DNA of 64,000 nucleotides, from the NCBI GenBank assembly GCA_964412775.1, contig CAYPPX010000002.1, positions 4,935 to 68,934 of the forward strand. Reading direction: 5' to 3'. The position numbers and the translations under genes are program-made. Of the stretch, positions 9,180-17,613 are shown piece by piece. A model generated the notes under the pieces. That model had not been told where the DNA came from, made no database searches, and was given only the letters and a program-made list of their open reading frames with translations. The stretch comes from an uncultured Pseudomonadales bacterium (GTDB lineage Bacteria > Patescibacteriota > Microgenomatia > UBA1400 > PJMF01). Within the stretch, counting starts at the first letter, position 1. Each line of letters opens with the position of its first letter.

Positions 9180-9378
9180 ACAGCGAATACCTTCTACTAC
9201 TTAATACCTTAAGGTGCGGTTTCGAAAGCAGTGAAAGAAATGTAGAATGAGAAAAGAGGTAAAAAAGTCCAATAAGACGGACTGAATTTTAAGCATCTCT
9301 CCTCGGTGTGACATTTCACCAACTAGTAGTTGGACACACTGTCTTAGGAAACAGAAGCAACATTATATCATAAAATTT
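9180..9378 (-). promoter_or_regulatory. rplJ 5' leader with nested hairpin; candidate L10(L12)4 autoregulatory leader and promoter
   Basis: 199-nt untranslated region upstream of rplJ containing the perfect palindrome CCAACTAGTAGTTGG enclosed by GTGTG/CACAC arms. Minus-strand TGATATAAT extended -10 near 9352-9362. Confidence 0.35.
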
Positions 9379-11340
9379 ATGAAAAAGTGCAACTCCAATA
9401 ACCTTTTGAAGAAAATCACTTTAAAAGTGGTTATTTTTTTGGGTTTGTTAGTTCCTAGTTTATTTATTAACTTAGTTAAAGTTCAAGCAGAGGAGAAAGA
9501 GTACCAGATTTCTTCAGTCAATATTCAAGCTGAGTTAAAAACCGATGGCTCGATGGAGGTCACCGAAACCAGAACCTACAACTTTACTGGTGACTTTCGG
9601 TTTGCTTACCAACGAATTAATTTAAAACCAGATCAAAAAACTGATCCTGGTCGTAGCGAATCATATAGGGTAAGAATTAAAAGTTTATGTGATGAAAAAA
9701 CTTGTTATAAATTTGTTGAACCAAATAAAATTGATTTGACTGAACGCCGTAACAATCAGCCTGGTACTTATACAGTAATTTATAACAACGATGAAGTTTA
9801 TATCCAGTGGCACTATGCAACCGTTAATGGTAGTAAAGTTTTTAAGCTCAACTATTTAGTCGATAATGCCGTGACTTTACATGAAGATGTGGCCGAGCTT
9901 TATTGGCAGTTTGTGGGGAGTGAGTGGGAAGTTGCCCAAAAAAATATTACCGTTGACTTAAATTTGCCAGACGGGATTAGTGGTGATGACATTGAAGCTT
10001 GGGGACATGGAGAGCTAAGTGGGGTGATTGCAATTCCTAATAACAAGCTAGTTAAAATTACGGTCCGAAATATTAGTTCAGGTAAAATAGCTGAAGCGAG
10101 AGTGATCTTACCCAAAACAGTGTTTTTAACGGGCGCTAAAGGGCTTTTTTCTAAGACAAAGATTAAAGAACAAGAACAAACTTTTATTATTGAAACTCAA
10201 AAATGGTTGGGGAGAAATCAAATTTTTGTCAAAATTCAGTTGCTATTGGTTGGAGCTTCTTGGTTGACGGCGATGGTGATTTTTTTCAAATGGTTATTGG
10301 TCGATCGACAAAAAATTCCTAAAGCCAACCAAGCCGATCGTTTCTGGGAACCACCGAGTGAGCTTAACCCGGCTTCAGTGGAGCAGTTACTCAATCACCG
10401 TCAACCTCTGACAGTCAAGTCATTTACTGCTGTGGCCTTATCTTTGGTGCAACAAAAGTTTATGAAGATTATTCGGAGTGATGAGAAACAAGGCTTCTTG
10501 CTTAAAAAATATGAGTATGGTTTTGTTAGGATAAAAAACCAGAAAAAAATAGGCGAAGTTGAACAGCTGGTTTTTGATTATTTATTTGAAAAAGTAGCTC
10601 GTCATCAAGACACTATTTGGTTTAAAGATTTAATTGGTTACAACAAAAAACACCCAAGTGGGGCAAGAAGTCTGCTTAAAGATTTGGAAAAAAAAGCTTT
10701 TGCCGTAAATAAAGACAAAGAATTCATTGACGAAAAAACTAAAAGCAGTTTTTTCAAAACAGTTAAGCCTTTGTTATTAATTTTTGCAGTCTCAATCGTG
10801 GTGATTATTATTCAAGCTATTTGGTTAGGTGAATATTTAGATCCAACGGCGATTTTTATCAGTCTGTTTGGGCAAATGTATTTAGCCTTTGGTTTGCTTA
10901 TTGCTGGCTCAATAGCAGCTTTGAGTTTCCGTTACTCTGAGAGTGGACTCAAAGAAGCTTCTTTATGGCGAGCCTTTGCCAAACACATGAAAGATTATCG
11001 TCAGACTAGAGATTATCCTATCGATTCGGTAATTTTATGGGAAAAGTATCTAGTTTATGGCACACTTTTTGGGGTATCTGCTAAAGCGTTGGCCCAATTA
11101 CCAGTTAGGTTTGATTTGAATGACCCAGTGGTAACTGGCTATTGGGTGGGTCATAGTTACGCAACTGGTAATGATTTTTCATCATCATTTAGTGGTTTAT
11201 CTGATTCTCTAAATTCGGTTTTGCACTCTTTTAGTAGCTCTACCACTCAAAGTTTTGGAGCAAGTGGGGCTGGATCTTCTGGTGGTTTTTCTGGTGGTGG
11301 GGGAGGTGGAGGAGGTGGCGGTGGCGGTAGCGCTGGTTAA
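9379..11340 (+). CDS. DUF2207-family membrane protein
   Basis: Signal peptide, extracytoplasmic domain, internal TM segments and a C-terminal GGFSGGGGGGGGGGGGSAG poly-Gly tail characteristic of DUF2207 proteins. Confidence 0.6.
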   Translation: MKKCNSNNLLKKITLKVVIFLGLLVPSLFINLVKVQAEEKEYQISSVNIQAELKTDGSMEVTETRTYNFTGDFRFAYQRINLKPDQKTDPGRSESYRVRIKSLCDEKTCYKFVEPNKIDLTERRNNQPGTYTVIYNNDEVYIQWHYATVNGSKVFKLNYLVDNAVTLHEDVAELYWQFVGSEWEVAQKNITVDLNLPDGISGDDIEAWGHGELSGVIAIPNNKLVKITVRNISSGKIAEARVILPKTVFLTGAKGLFSKTKIKEQEQTFIIETQKWLGRNQIFVKIQLLLVGASWLTAMVIFFKWLLVDRQKIPKANQADRFWEPPSELNPASVEQLLNHRQPLTVKSFTAVALSLVQQKFMKIIRSDEKQGFLLKKYEYGFVRIKNQKKIGEVEQLVFDYLFEKVARHQDTIWFKDLIGYNKKHPSGARSLLKDLEKKAFAVNKDKEFIDEKTKSSFFKTVKPLLLIFAVSIVVIIIQAIWLGEYLDPTAIFISLFGQMYLAFGLLIAGSIAALSFRYSESGLKEASLWRAFAKHMKDYRQTRDYPIDSVILWEKYLVYGTLFGVSAKALAQLPVRFDLNDPVVTGYWVGHSYATGNDFSSSFSGLSDSLNSVLHSFSSSTTQSFGASGAGSSGGFSGGGGGGGGGGGGSAG

Positions 11341-11414
11341 GTTTTGGTTATGAGTAATATTTATATAGATAGCACTTATTAATATAATTTTGTTAAAATA
11401 CTTTTTTAAAAATT

Positions 11415-12719
11415 ATGCGAGAAATCTTTAGAAAAATTACTGACAGCTCAGCTAATTGGTTACAACAGCGAATTGAAAATAGCATCCAAGGTCAAGGTAA
11501 AGATAACAAAAATTTGTTATCTAGAATTGCTTTGGACAAACTCAAGCGTCGTAGCCAGTCAGAACAAGTTGTCCCTCAGGAATTTGAGGCCAAGTTTAAC
11601 CAATGGCGAACCGTAATTGAGCAAGATCGCTATGAACTTTCAAATCCTGACGAAACAGGTGAAATTAGAAGATTCTACTCCATGGCCAATGGTATTTATG
11701 GTGAGCCGTTAATTACTGCAGAACCTGATTTAGCTTTTGCTTTGCCACCAGCAGTTAGTTTTGTTAACGCCAAAGGTAAAGCAATCGATCAACCTTCAAT
11801 GAAAATTTCTGGCATTATTTGTCAAAGTAAAGCTGAAGTAGGTGATGGGGAAGAAGCCCAAGTAGTGGTGGATCACCGGGTAAGTTTAAGTAACAAAGGC
11901 ACTAGAACAATTGAACAGACTGAAGATGGCCTAATAATTAATGGTGAGCGTTGGTATTTAAAAACCCTTTTTTCCAAAGATGGTAATAGAATCAAAAACT
12001 ATGATGCTTACTACGTCAAAACCAAACCAGAAAGTGTGCAATTTTTAGAGCTACAAGATATTAATTTTGTGGGTGTTAACCAGTCAGCCGAGCATTCAGA
12101 ACAAACCGAGACAGAGCAGTGGCGAGAGCTTTTAACTGATAAAACTGACCTCAAAAGACTAGCCAAACTTACTTACAAAAAACTTAAAAGAAAACTTGAG
12201 TCTCTTGATCCAGAAAATAAACCAGTAGCAGAATACCAGTTCAAACAATGGACTTTTAGGTTTTGGGCAGATAAGTATGAAATTGTAAATTTAGAGCCAG
12301 ATGGTACTGAGCGTTTTTACAAAGTGATCAAAGGTAAATATGGTGAGCCAATTATTGTGGCAGAACCTGATCGGGCTTATGCTTCTCCAGAAAATGCTGA
12401 GTATGCTAATGCTAAAGGTGAGACTATTCCAAGACCTGAGGGTGATATTTCTGGGATTATTTGTCAGAATGAAAATGGTTCTGTAGCTCATCGGTTTAGT
12501 TTATCTAATCCCAAAACTCCCAAGTTTAGAGTCACTAAAGATGGTTTGATCCTATTTTTAAAAGATGAAGCTGGCAAAGTGACTAAAGAGCGTTGGTATC
12601 TTAATACCATGTTTGCCAAAGACAAAAATCGGGTCAAAAACCATGATGGTTACTACAGTCGTCAAAAACCAGCCAAGATCAAGATGGTTGAGCTCCAAGA
12701 CTTAGAGTTTGTTGATTAA
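11415..12719 (+). CDS. hypothetical protein built from two tandem copies of an uncharacterised ~170-aa domain
   Basis: Residues ~55-260 and ~270-434 are clearly homologous (YGEPLITAEPD.../YGEPIIVAEPD..., ISGIICQ, ERWYL.T.F.KD.NR.KN.D.YY, ELQD..FV). Confidence 0.55.
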   Translation: MREIFRKITDSSANWLQQRIENSIQGQGKDNKNLLSRIALDKLKRRSQSEQVVPQEFEAKFNQWRTVIEQDRYELSNPDETGEIRRFYSMANGIYGEPLITAEPDLAFALPPAVSFVNAKGKAIDQPSMKISGIICQSKAEVGDGEEAQVVVDHRVSLSNKGTRTIEQTEDGLIINGERWYLKTLFSKDGNRIKNYDAYYVKTKPESVQFLELQDINFVGVNQSAEHSEQTETEQWRELLTDKTDLKRLAKLTYKKLKRKLESLDPENKPVAEYQFKQWTFRFWADKYEIVNLEPDGTERFYKVIKGKYGEPIIVAEPDRAYASPENAEYANAKGETIPRPEGDISGIICQNENGSVAHRFSLSNPKTPKFRVTKDGLILFLKDEAGKVTKERWYLNTMFAKDKNRVKNHDGYYSRQKPAKIKMVELQDLEFVD

Positions 12720-12743
12720 CTTTTTACTGGTAGTTCTAGTTTT

Positions 12744-12771
12744 TTGCTTTTTTGCTGATCAGGTTTATAAT
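12744..12771 (+). promoter_or_regulatory. candidate sigma70-type promoter of the thrS leader transcript
   Basis: TTGCTT (12744-12749), 16-nt spacer, TATAAT (12766-12771). Predicted TSS within ~2 nt of the leader ATG, so possibly leaderless. Confidence 0.35.
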
Positions 12772-12779
12772 AACTGCTA

Positions 12780-12830
12780 ATGATAATTGATTCTTTTATT
12801 ACCATCACCACTACTACAACCCTTAGTTAG
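12780..12830 (+). CDS. Thr-rich leader peptide (MIIDSFITITTTTTLS) of a thrS attenuator
   Basis: ATG...TAG read codon by codon: ACC ATC ACC ACT ACT ACA ACC gives 6 Thr in 7 codons. The stop overlaps an antiterminator arm. Confidence 0.45.
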   Translation: MIIDSFITITTTTTLS

Positions 12831-12865
12831 GGTGTGTTGTGTGTGGTAATTAAAAGACATGACAC

Positions 12866-12887
12866 CCCTTGCAAGAGGGGTTTTTTA
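12866..12887 (+). terminator. intrinsic terminator/attenuator upstream of thrS
   Basis: CCCCTT-GCAA-GAGGGG hairpin with a GNRA loop followed by TTTTTT. The 5' arm (ACACCCC at 12863-12869) can alternatively pair with AGGGTGT at 12829-12835. Confidence 0.55.
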
Positions 12888-12954
12888 GTATCAAAAAACA
12901 GTTAAAAGCAAGTACAATAACATAGTTGCACCAACAACTTGAAGAAAAGGAAAT

Positions 12955-14769
12955 ATGGACAAAAAATCAGCTGATCAATTATGGAAACTTAGACATACGG
13001 CCGAGCATGTGCTGACTTTGGCGATGCATCAACTTTATGGCAAAGATAAAGTGATTATGGCGATGGGTCCGGCAACTGATGAGGGTTTTTATTTTGATTT
13101 TGATGTGACTGATGATTTTAAAGTGAGTGAAGCAGATTTTCCCAAAATTGAAAAACAAATGAAGAAGATTATTCAACTTAATTTTTTGATGAAAAGAGTT
13201 GAAGTGTCCGTAGAAGTTGCTCGTAAACTTTTTGCTGACAACCCATACAAACAAGAGTGGTTAGATGAAATTGAGGGTGAAAAACAGCCAGTAACTGTTT
13301 ATCTCACTGGCACCAAAGATCAAGTGGAAGCTGATGAGGCAAGTCTTAAAGCAGGCCAAACTGAAGTGAAATCTGCATTTGTTGATTTATGTAGTGGCCC
13401 TCATGCTGACAAAGTTGGCGAAATTAAAGCCTTCAAGTTACTCAGTGTAGCTGGGGCTTATTGGCGAGGCGATGAGAAAAATAAAATGTTAACTCGTATC
13501 TATGGTACGGCTTTTGAGTCACCAGTTGAACTAGATGAATACATTAACAAACTAGAAGAAGCCAAGAAAAGAGACCATCGCAAACTTGGTAAGACTTTAG
13601 ATTTATTTACTTTTTCAGACTTGGTGGGTCCTGGTTTACCATTATGGACGCCAAAAGGTACCCAAATGAGAGTGTTATTAGATGACTTTGTTTGGTCACT
13701 AAGAAAAGCTCGTGGTTATTCAAAGGTAGAAATTCCTCATATTACTAAAAAAGATCTTTATCAAACCAGTGGTCACTGGGATAAATTTGGTGATGAGCTA
13801 TTCAGAATGGTGACTCGTGAAGGTCATGAGTTTGTGATGAAACCAATGAACTGTCCTCACCACACCCAAATCTTTGCTCGTAAGCAAATGAGTTACCGTG
13901 AAATGCCTCAGCGTTACGCTAATACCACGATGGTGTATCGTGATGAACAAACTGGCGAATTGAACGGCTTATCTCGTGTCAGAGCTATTACTCAAGATGA
14001 TTCTCACGTTTTTTGTCGACCCAACCAAGTGAAAGATGAAGCCAATGCCGTTTGGGATATTGTTGAGAAGTTTTATGGTGCTTTTGGTTTTAAACTTCAG
14101 GTGAGATTATCGCTCCATGATCCAGCTGCTCCAGAAAAATATTTGGGTGGTAAAGATCGTTGGGCCACTGCAGAACAAACTTTAAGAGAGCTAGCTCGTT
14201 TTAGAGGAGCAGAGGCAGTCGAAGCTGCTGGTGAGGCTGCTTTTTATGGTCCAAAGATTGATTTTATGGCCTTGGATTCTTTGGGTCGTGAGTGGCAAGT
14301 GGCGACGATTCAGTTAGACTTTAATATGCCAGAAAGATTTGATCTTGCTTGTATCAATGAAACTGGTGAAAAAGAGCGAGTGGTGATGCTCCATGTGGCG
14401 ATCATGGGTTCAATCGAAAGATTTTTATCAATTTTGATTGAACACTATGGTGGGGCATTTCCATTTTGGTTGTCTCCAGTCCAGGTGAAAATTTTACCAA
14501 TTGCCGATCGTCACTTAGATTTTGTGTCAGAAATAAAAACCCATCTAGAAAAGTTAGATGTTCGAGTTGAAGTAGATGATCGTAGTGATCGCTTACCAGC
14601 TAAAATTAGAACTGCTCAGCTAGAAAAAGTACCACACATGTTAGTGATTGGTGACCAAGAGCTAGAAGAGAAAAAAGTTAATGTTAGAACTAGAGATGGT
14701 CAGCAACAAAGTTATTCTATTGAAGAATATTTACTTTTAATCAAGGAGTTGGTTGGTAAAAAGTCTTAG
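12955..14769 (+). CDS. thrS: threonyl-tRNA synthetase (short form lacking N-terminal TGS/editing extension)
   Basis: 604 aa; class II aaRS motifs and ThrRS-specific blocks (HRDLGK-like RDHRKLGK, FxMxxMNCPHH, anticodon-binding C-terminus). Confidence 0.9.
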   Translation: MDKKSADQLWKLRHTAEHVLTLAMHQLYGKDKVIMAMGPATDEGFYFDFDVTDDFKVSEADFPKIEKQMKKIIQLNFLMKRVEVSVEVARKLFADNPYKQEWLDEIEGEKQPVTVYLTGTKDQVEADEASLKAGQTEVKSAFVDLCSGPHADKVGEIKAFKLLSVAGAYWRGDEKNKMLTRIYGTAFESPVELDEYINKLEEAKKRDHRKLGKTLDLFTFSDLVGPGLPLWTPKGTQMRVLLDDFVWSLRKARGYSKVEIPHITKKDLYQTSGHWDKFGDELFRMVTREGHEFVMKPMNCPHHTQIFARKQMSYREMPQRYANTTMVYRDEQTGELNGLSRVRAITQDDSHVFCRPNQVKDEANAVWDIVEKFYGAFGFKLQVRLSLHDPAAPEKYLGGKDRWATAEQTLRELARFRGAEAVEAAGEAAFYGPKIDFMALDSLGREWQVATIQLDFNMPERFDLACINETGEKERVVMLHVAIMGSIERFLSILIEHYGGAFPFWLSPVQVKILPIADRHLDFVSEIKTHLEKLDVRVEVDDRSDRLPAKIRTAQLEKVPHMLVIGDQELEEKKVNVRTRDGQQQSYSIEEYLLLIKELVGKKS

Positions 14770-14833
14770 TTAGTTTTAATTAGCAATTAAATATTTAGTC
14801 TGGTTACAGTTTAAAAACTGTAGCCAGATTTTT

Positions 14834-16024
14834 TTATCTAAACTCTTTTTTGACTTCTTCTTCATTAACTTCTTCTTTTTTGACAGCCAAACTACCTAAA
14901 ACTAATTTATCCAAAGTGAAAGGCGAGAGCAGCGAAATGACCTCTAAGGTGAAAATTGATAATTCAAAGGCACTTGGAATTTGGTTAGTAATAAAGAATG
15001 CTCCAAGACCAACTAAAGTAGCAGTAAATAATGATTCTTTAAACATATCTTTTTGCGTTCTTTCGATAATTGAAGTTTTGATGCCGAGTTTTTCTGCCAG
15101 GTGACCTTTTCTGACAATCTTCGGAATACTGTGCCACAACATAGTAATAAAAGTGGCGATTGCTGTTACGGTATTAAAAGTTCTATTAGGAATGGTCACA
15201 TCACCACTAAAAATATTAATCTGCCAGCCAACCGGGAAGTTTCTAACCAGCAACCAAGCAATCAACATGAAAAATAACAAGTAACCAGTAGTATATTTAT
15301 TAATTTTTTCAGTAACTTCAGTGACTTTTTTATCTTCTTCAGTTAGCTCAGTTTCTTCAACCACTGGTTTATTTTTACTAGCTCTTTTGAAAATAAGAAT
15401 AATCAACTGAATGATGACCAAAGCAATCCAAGTGGGAAGGAGTACTTTCCAACCCAGATCAATACTTTTGGTAATGTAAGGGTAGGGGATTTTGAACCAA
15501 ACGTCTTGAATGGGGTAACTAGGGTATTCGACCCAAGAGTAAAGATGTTTTGGATCAAGAGGAATATTATAAAAGTCTGTTAAAAATAACCGACCTAGTG
15601 AAACATAAGAAACGATCTGCATGACAAAATCAACAGCATAGAATAAAAAAGTGGGATTACCCTGACGGAACTTCTTTTTTAAAACAAAGTTTTGTTCCGA
15701 TTCTTTTTGAATTTTTTCGACTGTGTGTTGAAACTCTTGAATGTTATTTGATTTGGCAATTCTAATTACTCTAAAGGGAATCATTAGTAGTGTTTGGAAA
15801 ACACCCAATAACATCACTGAGATCCACATGTGATTAACGTAAGAGTAGAAAAAGAACAAGAAACTGGCATAAAAAGTATGAAGTATTCCAGAGAAAAAAG
15901 CGTAAATTAAAAAAATAATTGCTAAAGCAGAGGCAATGGTGCCCAGTGATGGAATTTTAATAAAGTTACTGACCTTATTGTCTTGAGAAATTTGAAAATT
16001 ATTATTAGTTGCTAAATTATTCAT
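14834..16024 (-). CDS. polytopic membrane protein, possibly YidC/Oxa1-family insertase
   Basis: Multiple TM helices. Region HMWISVMLLGVFQTLLMIPFRV...QEFQHTVEKIQKESE...QIVSYVSLGRLF loosely follows the YidC core (TM2 + amphipathic helix + QMP-like segment). Long C-terminal tail. Confidence 0.4.
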   Translation of the reverse strand: MNNLATNNNFQISQDNKVSNFIKIPSLGTIASALAIIFLIYAFFSGILHTFYASFLFFFYSYVNHMWISVMLLGVFQTLLMIPFRVIRIAKSNNIQEFQHTVEKIQKESEQNFVLKKKFRQGNPTFLFYAVDFVMQIVSYVSLGRLFLTDFYNIPLDPKHLYSWVEYPSYPIQDVWFKIPYPYITKSIDLGWKVLLPTWIALVIIQLIILIFKRASKNKPVVEETELTEEDKKVTEVTEKINKYTTGYLLFFMLIAWLLVRNFPVGWQINIFSGDVTIPNRTFNTVTAIATFITMLWHSIPKIVRKGHLAEKLGIKTSIIERTQKDMFKESLFTATLVGLGAFFITNQIPSAFELSIFTLEVISLLSPFTLDKLVLGSLAVKKEEVNEEEVKKEFR

Positions 16025-16067
16025 ATGAAATTAATACCAGTCATTGTAACTTGAATTACCTGGTCTG

Positions 16068-16955
16068 TCACTTTGTAAGCGTCAAGAAAATCATGCCCAA
16101 AACAACTATAACTACACCAAATAGTTTTCTGGATTGAAGTTGGTCTTTGAAAATTATTCCAGATAAAAGTGTTAGAGCTGCAATTGAAGCAGCATTCATG
16201 GCGTTAACATAACCAACATTTGGAGTTAGTTGGTAGGCTAGTTGCATAAAGTAATTGAAACTAGCTCCAGTTAGACCAATCATTAACAGAGTCAAAAGTT
16301 GGGGTTGGCTTACTTTTAAAGAGATTCTTTTTTGCCAAATTTCTAAAAAAATAATAACTGAGACAATTAACATTGAGTAAATTAATCTAGCCAAAATTGA
16401 GACACCTAAATCAAGTAGGTATTTTGAGGTTAAAGCCAACATTCCCCAACAGAAAAAAGCTCCCAAACTAAACCAAAACCAACTATTTTTAGTTTCTTGG
16501 TTTGGAGCTTGAGTTTTTTCAACCATGATCAGGGCTGACCCAGTGACAATCAAAACAATAGCTAGGCTAGCCTGCCAAGATAGGGTAGAGTCAAACAAAA
16601 AAATAGCAGCTATAGTAGTAAAAACGACATAGCTTTTTGAGATTACCAAGCTAAAACCTGGATTTGAAGCTAATTCAAGACTTTTTAGTGAAAATTTGTT
16701 ACCCAAATAAGAAAAAAAGATTGACATGATTGTGATAACTAATAGCTGATATGGAGTAACACTTAAGGTGGAAAGTTGACTAGTTGAAAGACCTAAGTAA
16801 ATTATCACTGGAATAAAAAACATGGCTAGATTTTTAAGGGGGTTATTAATTTTTTGATTACCAGCCAATCTTACAAACAGGTAAGTAACTACTGATGAAA
16901 CAAACATTAAACTACTAGCAATTAACCAATTCATAATTAGTAACAATTCTAACAA
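16068..16955 (-). CDS. EamA/DMT-superfamily transporter
   Basis: 295 aa, ~10 predicted TM helices in two repeated halves. Confidence 0.5.
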   Translation of the reverse strand: MLELLLIMNWLIASSLMFVSSVVTYLFVRLAGNQKINNPLKNLAMFFIPVIIYLGLSTSQLSTLSVTPYQLLVITIMSIFFSYLGNKFSLKSLELASNPGFSLVISKSYVVFTTIAAIFLFDSTLSWQASLAIVLIVTGSALIMVEKTQAPNQETKNSWFWFSLGAFFCWGMLALTSKYLLDLGVSILARLIYSMLIVSVIIFLEIWQKRISLKVSQPQLLTLLMIGLTGASFNYFMQLAYQLTPNVGYVNAMNAASIAALTLLSGIIFKDQLQSRKLFGVVIVVLGMIFLTLTK

Positions 16956-16963
16956 ACAAATAT

Positions 16964-17491
16964 TTAAGTTTTATTTTGAAATATAAAGTAAGCTTTATTG
17001 TTTGTTTCACCAATTTTTTTAAAACCAAACTTTTGATACAGTCCGGCTGCCACTTGGTTTGAAAGGTGGGTGCTTAGCCAAATTTGCTTATTAGGTAAAA
17101 TCTCTGTCAAATTTTGGAAAGCTATTTTCATAAAAGGTAACGCCAAACCATGACTACGATATGGTTGGTAAATTCTAATACCAAAAGTCCAATCGCTGTT
17201 TGGATACTTATTTTTTAGGGTTGGTGGTAAATCTAGGTTTTCAAACCAAATGATGCCAGCCAAATTGGCTTGGTTTTTAATTGGGGCCAGGACAAAAAAA
17301 TATTTTTTAGCTTTTTTTAGCCACGCTAAGGCGCTTGCCAGAGAGGAAAAACGCTTTGAGTCAGATGTTTGATCAATAATCTGCTGGTCAGTATGAGCTG
17401 CCGCTATCATTTGCTTCAGAAATTCATCGGTTAGTTCAGTTGTTAGCTTGTATTCTTTATTGTTTTTATCAAAAATTATTTTTGCTGACAC
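16964..17491 (-). CDS. GNAT-family N-acetyltransferase
   Basis: YRSHGLALPFMKIAF...GFKKIG block resembles the acetyl-CoA binding motif of GNAT enzymes. Confidence 0.55.
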   Translation of the reverse strand: MSAKIIFDKNNKEYKLTTELTDEFLKQMIAAAHTDQQIIDQTSDSKRFSSLASALAWLKKAKKYFFVLAPIKNQANLAGIIWFENLDLPPTLKNKYPNSDWTFGIRIYQPYRSHGLALPFMKIAFQNLTEILPNKQIWLSTHLSNQVAAGLYQKFGFKKIGETNNKAYFIFQNKT

Positions 17492-17550
17492 GGTTTTTAT
17501 TGTACTTTAGTTTAGTTTTTTTGCTGAGAGAAGTTTATCTGGCAAACCAA

Positions 17551-17591
17551 GATTAAATAACAAAAAGCCACCAACTTTCGTTAGTGGCTTT
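17551..17591 (-). terminator. intrinsic terminator downstream of rplA
   Basis: AAAGCCAC-(12 nt loop)-GTGGCTTT hairpin followed on the minus strand by UUGUUAUUU. Confidence 0.45.
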
Positions 17592-17613
17592 CTAAATTAC
17601 TGTTTAGTTAAAG

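Noticed and set aside
11280-11337. G-rich tract (GGTGGTGGGGGAGGTGGAGGAGGTGGCGGTGGCGGT) as a regulatory G-quadruplex or repeat element
   Set aside because: It encodes the poly-Gly C-terminal tail characteristic of DUF2207 proteins; the coding explanation is sufficient.
11415-12719. Diversity-generating retroelement template/variable repeat pair
   Set aside because: The two repeats differ at many positions and not selectively at adenines, there is no reverse transcriptase gene in the window, and the repeats are in-frame domain duplications within one protein.
12720-12954. T-box riboswitch upstream of thrS (the AGGGTG element resembles the T-box sequence and pairs with the terminator 5' arm)
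   Set aside because: The leader is only ~110 nt from the predicted TSS to the terminator, too short for Stem I, a specifier loop and a Stem II/IIA pseudoknot. The space is instead filled by a translatable Thr-run ORF, so a leader-peptide attenuator is the better explanation.
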